Source: Mizuhopecten yessoensis (taxonomy: Eukaryota). From it: a stretch of 64,000 bases of DNA. The first letter of the stretch is position 1. Each line of letters starts with the position of its first letter. The position numbers and the translations under genes were made by a program. The DNA lies in contig NW_018403519.1 in the NCBI RefSeq assembly GCF_002113885.1, positions 364,242 to 428,241 on the forward strand, given 5' to 3'. Shown here piece by piece: positions 39,501 to 51,551 of the stretch. The notes below the pieces were generated by a model, which was not told the origin of the DNA, ran no database searches, and saw only the letters and a list, made by a program, of their open reading frames with translations.

Positions 39501-40524
39501 GACGAATCTGGACTGATAAACGCACAAGGCCGGTTTAAGTGTACAACCTCTGGATTACGTTTTGTACAGTAAGATTCACTTCAATAATTAGCTGGTATTG
39601 TCAAAGCAAATCTGGCGCATGAATGGTTGGATGCGGTGCTTATGTAACATGAAAACAAGAACAAACGGATGTCATCAAGTAAACTCATTCACTATGTAAA
39701 TGTACAATCAAATCGGAAGATTGGTCACAAGTAGACTAGCTGTACATAAAAAGATAACTTATATTTACCAAATATCAAAAAAAAATGTTTATATTAAGAG
39801 CACTAAAACATCACTAAAAGTATTAAACAATAACAAAAAAATGGCTCGACGTTAGCTGATATAAAGTTCTGATATATTGTCTCCTACTTGTATACATATA
39901 ATTTACCTCCAGTACTTGATAATGTACCTACAATATTTTTGATACATTCCATACAACAACAAAACACACTTTGTTATACAATATTCGTGCAGTAATTATG
40001 TTTTGGATCAGAAAATTAGAAATATTCTAGCAATGGGAAAGTAAATATATAGTTGATATTTCTCCAATGTATTCATCAACCTAAACACTGTTCATAAAAA
40101 TGTATCTATTACTACAAAATAAAATCTGTAGGCATTAAATCGGGACGATGTCATTACCCACCTCTCAACTGACCTCAAATATCTCCCAAGGGGTCAAACT
40201 TTTTTTCTAGTATTGCAATTTATTTATGTCAGACCAAAAGGTATCACCATACAAACATATGCTTTTTCGGTGAGGGGCGTAAAACGGCCGAATATGGCAC
40301 TGAACCCTGATTCAGTATTTATTTTAATAAAAATGACGACTACACTGAAGTATAAAACTGTTTCCGTATGGTTGGATACAGAAATGTAGTCTGGATCTTA
40401 AATAGACTTATATCTGTCACAATATCAAGTTAAAGGCGTGTGTGATATCCACTGACCAGCATACCATCACTGAACTGGAACTCAAAAACACTAATATCTG
40501 TCAAAATTTCACTTTTCCGGTGAA

Positions 40525-43500
40525 TTACGATATGATAGCCTTGACCGTGCCTCTGATGTAAGTCCGACAAACTGGACACTTTCGTAAGGCCGAGGCACAC
40601 AATGGACACGTGACCAAATGTCCACATGGCAGGAAAACAATACTAGCCTCCTCTTCAAAACACACCTTACAGTTCTTCTGTTCACGAAGTTCCCGGTTTT
40701 CCTCTGTAAGTTCATCAATACCTGTGAAAATAGGACCCTGATTAAAACTAATAATGGTTTTGCATATATTAAATATTTACTCATTGATAAGAAAATAAGT
40801 TGAAATAAGTTGTTCAGTTAAATTAGTCATTCTTTTCTGGTTTAAAAAAAAATCATTTCGAATAAATTTACAAGTTTGACATCTTTGATTACCTTTATTG
40901 GTACTTTCCGCTGCCGTAACTAGTTCCGTTACATCACTTTTACTTTCACATCGCATTTCGGTTTTATTATCGTAGGTCTGTTCCTTTTCAGAAACCTCCT
41001 CGTCTGGAATGACGGCCGTGGTACCGTTTTCCGTGATTTCCCAGACAAAAGGCAATAACTTTTCGGCACTTAAATCCATTCCTATAGTGGAAAATTAGAA
41101 TAAAATGTATACAAATTCATGGGTCATTGGAAATAAGAATTAAAATCGTTTAAAATTGTTTAATTATATCCAACTTTTACAAAGTATTACAACTGTCAAT
41201 TACTTCTGAGTGTTTGTTAACGATCAAAACATCTTACGTCGTTCGATAATAATAACTTACCATGGCGTTTCCTGTAGATTGTAATTGCTTTTGTCAGAAC
41301 AGTTTTAGTGTAGCCCATCGCCATGACGCTTAGCACTGCCGGATGGTCATACAAGTTTAATTCCTTACTTTGTCCTAACTTCAGTTTGTTATCCTGCAAT
41401 ACATAAGGTGTAAGGCAATGTTTACAACATCGTGGCAAATACGAAACAGGATAATGTTCAATTGCAAATTATCATTGTAATATATGTGTTTAAACGAAAG
41501 TGTATTTCAAAGATCTATCTGTTTGGTAAGTTCTGTATCCTTTGTTGATCAGATATCTGTGGTCTATATATTTACCTGTATGTCAGGTAGATATCTGATG
41601 TACATATATACCTGTATGTCAGGTAGATATCTGATGTACATATATACCTGTATGTCAGGTATATATCTGATGTACATATTTACCTGTATGTCAGGTAGAT
41701 ATCTGCTGTACATATTTACCTGTATGTCAGGTAGATATTTGACGTACATATTTACCTGTATGTCAGGTAGATATTTGACGTACATATTTACCTGTATGTC
41801 AGGTAGATATCTGATTTACATATTTACCTGTATATCAGGTAGATATTTGATGTACATATTTGCCTGTATATCAGGTAGATATCTGATGTACATATTTACC
41901 TATATGTCAGGTAGATATCTGATGTACATATTTACCTGTATGTCAGGTAGATATCTGCTGTACATATTTACCTGTATGTCAGGTAGATATTTGATGAACA
42001 TATTTACCTGTATGTCAGGTAGATATCTGATGTACATATATACCTGTATGTCAGGTATATATCTGATGTACATATTTACCTGTATGTCAGGTAGATATTT
42101 GACGTACATATTTACCTGTATGTCAGGTAGATATTTGATGAACATATTTACCTGTATGTCAGGTAGATATCTGCTGTACATATTTACCTGTATGTCAGGT
42201 AGATATTTGATGAACATATTTACCTGTATGTCAGGTAGATATCTGCTGTACATATTTACCTGTATGTCAGGTAGATATTTGACGTACATATTTACCTGTA
42301 TGTCAGGTAGATATCTGATGTACATATGTACCTGTATGTCAGGTAGATATCTGATGTACATATTTTCCTGTATGTCAGGTAGATATTTGATGTACATATT
42401 TACATGTATATCAGGTAGATATTTGATGTACATATTTGCCTGTATATCAGGTAGATATCTGATGTACATATTTACCTGTGTGTCAGGTAGATATCTGATG
42501 TACATATTTACGTGTGTGTCAGGTAGATATCTGATGTACATATTTACCTATATGTCAGGTAGATATCTGATGTACATATTTTCCTGTATGTCAGGTAGAT
42601 ATTTGATGTACATATTTACCTGTATATCAGGTAGATATCTGATGTACATATTTACCTATATGTCAGGTAGATATCTGATGTACATATTTCCCTGTATGTC
42701 AGGTAGATATCTGATGTACATATTTCCCTGTATGTCAGGTAGATATTTGATGTACATATTTACACGGAGATCAGGTAGATATTTGATGTACATATTTACC
42801 CGTATGTCAGGTAGATATCTGATGTACATATTTCCCTGTATGTCAGGTAGATATTTGATGTACATATTTACCTGTATATCAGGTAGATATCTGATTTACA
42901 TATTTACCTGTATATCAGGTAGATATTTGATGTACATATTTACCTGTATGTCAGGTAGATATTTGATGTACATATTTACCTGTATATCAGTTGGTTTGAT
43001 TGTTCCAGACTGAACACCCGTTATGTACTTGTCGCCCTTGACCAGTCTCATGAACGGACAAAACGGGAACCAGCGCGCATGCTCATAAAAGGGGTCATCT
43101 TCCGGGTCCCATTCACGTAATCCGCCTGCGCAGTGGAAGCATCTTACGTAGTCGTTTGTTCCTGTGTATAAAGACAAATGAGAACTGAATCGTCGGTGGA
43201 AATTGAAGACATTAACACAATGTCTTAGTAATTATATATAATGTTTTCAATCAGTTTTATCGTTTAAAAAATGAAGTTTAGTGTTTTACAAGTTGATTAA
43301 TGTTTGAGGAATGTTACCATACGTTAACTAAACTATTTCTTTTTTTATATGTCAAAGGCTAATTATTGTTTGATGAATACGTGTGCAATTCTGTGTGTAT
43401 AGTTAGCAAAGAAACCTTCAACTTGAACCAAGATCGAGGGTGCTACCACCTACCCCAGGTCACATGACTGAATTTTCAGGCTAGTCTAAAGCCCCCTACT

Positions 43501-44516
43501 GATTTCAGTAAGGGCTGCAGAAGGCAACAAGGAGGTCCCCGAAACCTACCCGGGAGTAGTACTTAGCAGAGACTCTGTTACATGTTTGTTTAATATATAG
43601 TAACCTTACCTTCATAAAAGAGACCAGCTTTAGCCAAGTCCTCGGGACGTTGTTTGAGATGTTGTGGCCAGTGGCTATATGAGGTAAGACGGGTGGCGAG
43701 TATAGCGAACTGCTGATACTTCGGTGAGACTGTCTCTAGTGATCCAGTCGATGTCTGAATTGTTATTGTGTCAGAATGACCTGCAGAGTCGTGACCTGTA
43801 TTAAACAAGACTTCTCTGTTGTTTTGATCAATTTGCTCTACTGATTGTGTCTCGTTAGGAGCTGTAGTAATCGCCGAATCTTCCGTTCCTGAATAGTGTT
43901 CTAACGCCTCGTTTTCATTTCTCAGGTTGGAAACGTCGGAACGTGTCATCGAATTTACTGTATCCTCTCTATGTACAGCATTGTCAGGTACATCTTGACC
44001 TAATTTGAATCCATTTTCTACTTTCGGTACTTGTGTGGCCGCTGCAGGAATATTCTCGTTTTCCTGGAAGTTTATCAATGTGGTATATGTGCTGCTTTTT
44101 GTGTGTTGCTGTTTTATGTTTTTCCGTTCTGTCACTATTTCGTCCGGTCCACGTCTTGCATCAGGCCTTAACATATTTCCTGTCTCAGGACTGTTTCCAT
44201 AAACACCAGCTTCAGGTTCATTGGATTGAAAGAATGGACAATTGGGAGATTTTTTCAGATGTATACATTTGGGATCATCTCCCTTTTGCCATCCACTGTA
44301 CCTGAGTCCACACTGACGACACATTACCTCATCATTTCGTCCTTCGTAATGAAAGCCTGCTTCTGCCAGCACCAATGCACTTACCCCAGACGTATAAGGG
44401 TATGAAAAGAAACTTGCCAGACGTGACTGGTCAGCCATCTTTGATTTCTTACGTCCGTTTTCCAAAATATCCTGAGGACACACTGAACATGGTTCTGCAG
44501 TCGACGTAATCATCAT
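40525..44516 (-). CDS. IAP paralog 3 (BIR-BIR-UBA-RING), about 535 aa using the proximal BIR2 donor
   Basis: complement(join(40525..40721,40893..41081,41261..41393,42980..43161,43610..44516)) = 1608 nt, in frame, all Zn ligands intact. Confidence 0.92.
41565..42990 (-). repeat. 36-bp minisatellite made of the duplicated BIR2 exon/intron junction (39 units, 40 donor positions), paralog 3 intron
   Basis: Unit GTAAATATGTACATCARATATCTACCTGAYATACAG. Junctions run from 42980 to 41576, exactly 39 x 36 with no indels; many units are variant. Confidence 0.97.
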
Positions 44517-47500
44517 CGTGTTTAATTGGAACCTGCAATTAAATTGTTTCAGTGTATAAAGTTATATACCAATAATCACACGAGGGAACTCGGTGTAAAA
44601 CATTGCTCTCTACAACGTTATATGGCTTTAACAGGTTTAGCATTGACACTTGAATGAAGTAGAGATCTACAAATAAACGAAACTAAACTAATAATTAATA
44701 TATAATAATTCCAGGTTCTAATATACCGCTTTTTCGCAAACTAGTTTGAAGGTCGTCTCAAAGCGGTTTACAAATTATTGTCAAAATAACATGTTTATTT
44801 TATCGATCTATAAATACACGCTACGTGAATACGACGTTTCTTCAATTGTTGTACTTTTTGAAATGTACAAGCAATAAATAAAATCAAATTATGGCGTGCT
44901 TATATTAAGCACTTAAATGTTTGCTCAATAATATTTCGACATATTGTGACAAACGCACCCATATTATCAGAAGTATATACTTTTTTTTGCAATTAAGATA
45001 ATACGCTACGTTTCAAATTAATAATTTACCTTATCCTCGACAAACTGATGACATAATTTGACTTCTTTCACTAAAAATAATTCTTACACCTAACGATACT
45101 AGCTTGAAGTATACATAAGTAAGCTGACACGTGACAATAACCATGTGTGTAGGCACTTAATGCGAATGTGTATATAGTTCCTGCTTGCTGTAAATATAGA
45201 TTTTAAAAAGTAGGGTATTTTCAAAGAGCTTGTTAGTTCAGGTAATCTTATGCTTTTTTCAGTTGTTGACTTATGAACCAGTAATATAATTGGATCTATA
45301 CAATCTAGATAACATTTCAGTGATTAAACCATTAGTACGATTTACATAATTTAGATCTTCCTTTGGAGGAAAAAGTAGAATGCTTCACATGTACAACAAA
45401 TTAATCGTTAACATAAAATTTACCTGAAATAAAACTTACGTTTTGTGCCATATATCATGAAATGAACATAGTATAACCTCACTGTTCCATCTTCAGCTGG
45501 AATATTGAAAAAGAACCCGATGTAAATCCCATACCAGCTAGAACTGCTGATTTTGCTTGTTTCATTTTCGATATTTAGACATGACGTCATGTACATACTT
45601 TCGTTAGGCAAATGTGCGATTTTGGACGAAAATAGCTTTCTTGTCCCTATAACAACTGCTGTGGGTCGTCGGTACCTGGATTAGTGAGATTTAATATGCG
45701 AACTGATACATATAATTAAATCATTCTTAAACCTTACAATACCGATTTAATCGATTTGTTTGCCGTGTCAGACACGCTACAATTCGTTTTCGTCTCCAGC
45801 ATGTAGATACAGTTGAGAACTTTCCATAGATCACAATGTATTGAGTAACACAAAATGACATGATTAATGAAAAATATCATAATACAAATACAAAGCCGTA
45901 CCCCGTTGTGTCCCGTTGTAGTTGTGCTAACGAAGATTTATGTATATAGATTTGTTATGTTTCCCCTTATGATTGATTTAGCGGTTTTTATTCATTGAGC
46001 GTACATATTTCAGTATTTCTGCCCCCACTCCAGTATAACTATTCAATGTAAAAATGATCAGCTAACGATATCTATTTTAAATGTACACATTTAGACATTT
46101 AAATTATGATCCAATTAGCATGTTCACGTTGGTGATTTGGAATAGTTTACACACCAACGATATTTATAAACGTTTTCCAATTGTACACGAATCCACAAGT
46201 CACCACTGCATTTATATATTAAGTCAACTTTCAATAATCAAGAATTTAGAACCTCTGTGTTGACGTATCTATATAAAAGAAATGATATCTAAAGTCAGTT
46301 TTTTACTTTTTGGATTCACATTAATGAAAAGACGAGACTTGAGTAATGATAACAAACAAATATTATAAATGCGTTTGTTTTATAGCAATATCTCTCTGTG
46401 TCTATATCAATAGCACATGTCTGTAAATACATCGTACGAAATATGTTCGCTTACCGTCAACGATTTCGCAACCAAATCGAAATACAGGTGAACAGCATAT
46501 ATTATATATAATGACATGGGGTTTCCGTATTCTATTTTTAAACCGTTGGTAAACATTTCATATTTTGGGTCTTTACCCATCCACTCAGCGATAACGTAGA
46601 CCATTGGCATTGGATGTGGTTTACAACCAGTCTGTCATACAGGCCATAATTTTCAGAATTACTGATGTGGTTTACCATCCCGGGCTTATTCTCCTTACAC
46701 CGTGTCATAGATGGTTTCCAGGTAAATCATTCTTTGGTTTCATATTCTGTCCTAGTTTTATCGATTTTGAGTTCATAAGGCGGTTTGGTTGACAATTCTG
46801 TATACTTTTGTTACTTTAACGGTATGTATACCATAAGCTCTTAACGGAATGTCATTTACACGATATATAATTGTAATTTCTTACGTTAAATTATACATAA
46901 ATATATACTTACACGTTATATATATATATATATATATCAATAAGCCTTTAATGTTCTACATCCCTGTTGTATTAACGGAATGTCACTTACACGGTGTATA
47001 CTTTCAATTTCCTATGTTAAATTCTACATACAATATATAATTACACGTTATATATATCAATAACCATTTAATGTTCTTCATCCTTGATTTATACACGGAA
47101 CGTCACTTACTAAATATATTCTTACAATTTCTTATGTTGAATTCTACAAAAATACACAAATAATTGTATATCACCAACCCTACCCTCGTTGTATTAACGG
47201 AACACGTTCACACCTAAGTTACTGGTAATAATTAAACATTATTCAAATTCTAGCAAAGTCAATAATTGAAATGCTTTACTGGCGGATTATTTGTAAATAC
47301 TAGCAACAAATTTGTAAATAAAAGCTGATTTTTTGTCTTTTGTGTGCGATGTGGTAATTTTGAATGAAATCTTTCGAAAACTGTATTTTATTTCCACTTT
47401 TTTATGCAGAGTGTTGCAATCGTTTCCCTCCAAAATTTCCAATATGGAATTCTACACACATGTATACGTATTATAGGTAAAATGGAGTGTGTCATGGCTG

Positions 47501-47852
47501 CGATCTATTTTAAGACTATTCATCGGCAAACAATAGATGTGCCGCACAAACTACGAGAGTCACACTGTTGATAATAAAACATACTTGGTTTACGTAATAC
47601 AGCAAGTCAATAATATGTATTGTAGTTGGCCAATAAAAGATAAATGGGTGATCTTACACAGGAAAGCTTATTACTTAGCACTACTTCAGAAGCGCTAGCA
47701 CAGCTACATAATATGTACTAAGGCAATATCTTTATCGTCTGCTGCTACCGAGCAAAGCATAACATAGCATACAGGCAAATCTGATTTACTTTACCAAGCT
47801 GCTAGAACGCATTTGTTAGCGTATTACTGCCATCTAGTTAATACATACGCGT

Positions 47853-47890
47853 AGGTTTCTGCCTCGAATCAGGTATCGAGGCAGAAACCT
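47853..47890. repeat. Perfect 15-bp-stem hairpin
   Basis: AGGTTTCTGCCTCGA-ATCAGGTA-TCGAGGCAGAAACCT. Confidence 0.9.
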
Positions 47891-50800
47891 GTGTTGATGT
47901 AGATGGTGTTTAATACGGTAACACGACTGCCAAGGTAACTATGGCGACAAATCATGTATTTTGACTCAAAATGCGATTTTGTTACAAAGATATCGACATG
48001 TCGCAATAATTTGTCACGATCGGTGAAGTTAAATCATTACGGAGCACGACCACGATTTGCAATAAGTCATACGTAGGCACTGGTGATTGCAGAACATCTA
48101 TTCACACAGACAAGATATTTATAACAACCAATCACACACCCGTACTCAGCTTATTGTGTGTTTAGAAAGACTTATGCGGATTTACATTCCCTATAATAGT
48201 TCCGAAAATTACAATTTCGCATGAACAGACAATACCACGTCGCATGTTAAACCGTTAGTTGTTTTTCATTTACATCTTTAGTATCGAAGACTTACAAAAG
48301 AATCCAAAATGCGTAGAACAAAAGAAATACGAGTATAACTATAATAGACATTTGTCAATTATAAAATACGGTCCGACATTTCTTCAGCTATTCTTACCTG
48401 GAAATATTTCTTGAAATATTGATGTACCGTGTACTTTTTTTTAAAAAACAAATTGAAAAAATAGCTCGCGGATTGGTTATCCAATATTTCTATACATATA
48501 TATATATAAATAATATAATTATATGTTTTGGGCATTCAAAGCATATTCACCATTTGTAAAATAAATACGTTATCTTTTCTCTTTATCACATGAATGTGAT
48601 TGTTCATATTAAAAAATATATATAGCTTTTTTTACACTATTTGTTGGATATTAACTTTGAATACGTTTTTGCTGTGGAGAATACACACGACCATCATACA
48701 CGGCACCTTGCTTATCATTAGATGAAGGTAAACGTGAGCGTCAGGACTTGAACGTAGAAGTAAATCATTTACTAAGATGATAATTCCGTCTTTTCGTATT
48801 GCAGTGTTATCTGCCCTTGTGAGCAGGTATTGATTGAACGTCATTAGTTTGTGTGAGAATAGACGGAATACATACAACGTCGTTACCTCATACAATACGT
48901 AGGTCACCTGAATTACTCTATATTAATATTGTTGAACAAATATGTTACTGTAACAGTCGACTGTAACTCTAATGTGGAATAACCTTTTATCTGACAAATA
49001 AATGACAAAGATACTTGTTTTATCACTTAATTTCACATTTGTATCTTTTGAATAATGTTCGTTATTGAAAAACAGGAATGTCGAAAACTACTTGGTTACT
49101 TAAATTACGAAGTTACCCTGTTAAGTACGTGTACAACAATACTGGTCGACACACTACCAAGTGCTACGACACAGCTGTAAGATACTCGATTTCATGGTCG
49201 TTAAGTTTCCATTAATAGTGATAACCGTATCAGCTTCCATAAAATTTGATTTCCTGGAAATGTGTAAGTTGTTAACCAATAAGAACTCTGTCAGGATTTT
49301 TCCATTTTTAAGAAGCTTTAACTAAAGAAAGCAGTTCATTTGTAGGGAATTTTGCAATGAAAGGTTATAAATTCTCAGAATATCCATTTCGGGGATATCC
49401 ATTAAGTATTCTCTTTGGGACATACAGACAGACAGTCTACAATGGCGGAAGTCGGAAACCCCTTTGTAATAATAATCGCTATACTCCGAACCGCGTATAT
49501 CTTATCACCATATCCTTTATAACGTGAAGTATTAAAGGCTAGAAATAGACGTCGTGACCTAAACAGAACAGGTACACTTCCTACTTTAAAATATATATGG
49601 AGTGTTTTGATAGAGCCATGACTAATACATGGTCGACAGTCAACAAACAAAATTTCAAATAGTAACTGATTAAAAAAATATTAAGTAGACAATGGAACTA
49701 AACTAACAATGAATATCGTTTACAATTTAATGACATTTTTTTTTTATTTGTGAATAACAATCCATCTTCATTGACGATCTAATAAAAAGGGGGAAACTAA
49801 TCAGTTGTTTAAATTCATTTTCAATTGCTTATATACGTAGATAATTAATTTGCACAAAACAACAATGAAATATGGAATCGAATATTTTATTGATAAAACG
49901 TAAACAATAAATATACATGGAAACACACATTGCAGTCTGAATAAGATGATAGGGCAAGATCCGGGCACAAAAAGTAACAACAATGTTATATTTTTAATCA
50001 GTTAAATTTTCGTTCAAGTATGTATTTATCCTATGATATTAATTTTGTCTGAGCCAGTCGACATTATGACGGTTAAGGATGTGTTATCTATCATTGGTGA
50101 TACATATAACTACAAACCGCCTATAGAAAATAATGACTTAGTCCGTGATATGTTTTGTGCTTGCGTGTTGATGTTATTTGTAAAAATAAATCAAAAGAAT
50201 GATACAGGATTTTAAATTAAAAACAAGGCGGCTTCTGTTTAATTGTTAGACCTAATTACTTGACGGGTGTATAACTGTTTGGTTTTGTTGTTTTGGGGGT
50301 TTGTGTATTCGCGTATAGTTCACATTTGGTTTTAAGTTTTCCTTTTATTTATTACATCAAATTTCCTTGAAAATCGTTATTTAAACTTTTCAATTGTTAA
50401 ATAACATAATACATGTATTAGCATGCAATTTACACAGTTTGTTTGTGGATTATTGATACTACTAGATGCAAAATAAAGGATTATCACAAATGTGACCACT
50501 CCACTGAATGTTTTTGTGATTTATGATTATTGTTTTAAGTGTAGAAAAGCTGTTAAAAATATATATTGGGGATTTATCAGTTCAGCTGGATCATCTAGTA
50601 TTCAAATAAGACGCGTGCAGTATGTATACATACAGATCCGATTTTCTACGGAGTAACGCATCAAAAGACATTCAAATTAAAACAAAAACAATAAAACAAA
50701 AACAAAACAAAAACAAAACAAAAACAAAAGACCTTCAATCAATATTGGTGAGACTTAATTCCAAAATAAATAAATCATTTACCTGATTAAGGTTCGGTTG

Positions 50801-51347
50801 GAGGTAAACTTTTGTCCAAAAACATTTTTTTAACAAAATAACTATTTTGTGACAGGTAACAACCAAAAACAAAATAACTAAATATAATTGTCCTATGAGA
50901 AGTACAAATATCCGACTGGTACGCTGCTACAGTTTATAATTCCTATATACATGTACACAGGTATATTAAATACAAAAAAAAATATAATAGCTACCCGAAA
51001 TCCCCGTTAGCTTTTGGAAACCCATGAATCAAATATGGTGGTCGAGTCTTTTACTTTGGGACAAAATATGGTTGTACTCTCGTACATCCCAGATTGTATA
51101 ACTATTTCGGCGAACATACCAACTACCCTGGTATGACCCACAGAAATCAAAACGTCACGTTCATCAAACCGTACAATACGTGACTAATTGGACGTCTAAA
51201 TCTGAGTGTTCCGGGGAAACCTCCGACTGACGTATTGGCCATTCGCCTTAAATTCTCAATTTGTCCGTCTCTAATGTAAGTGTTAACATTAGAATAATAT
51301 ACTTAAACGTGTCCTTTTAATCTTTATTACTCTAGTTGATGGATCTT

Positions 51348-51470
51348 AATCTGAGAAAACTCACGTGGTCGGGCAAATGACCAATACCTTTTTCGTCTCC
51401 GATAGGAGAATCGAACCCAAACGCTTTCAGCAAAAGGCGTGTGCTATATCCTCTCCGCCAACTGACCATC
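51348..51470 (-). mobile_element. tRNA-derived SINE of the same family, just 3' of the paralog 4 stop codon
   Basis: On the minus strand: TGGCGGAGAGG A box, GGTTCGATTCT B box, AGGTATTGGTCATTTGCCCGACCACGTGAGTTTTCTC. Confidence 0.7.
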
Positions 51471-51551
51471 AATGATCTGGACTTCAAAAAGGCATATATC
51501 TGTCCAAATTTCATAGGTCCAGTGCAAAAGAATGGTAGCACAAGCTATGGA

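Noticed and set aside
41484-43013. 509-aa plus-strand ORF ([12 protein letters not shown])n, and the similar ORF at 53096..54364
   Set aside because: These are antisense readings of the 36-bp intronic array. A stop-free triplet unit gives long ORFs automatically, and there is no independent sign of a gene.
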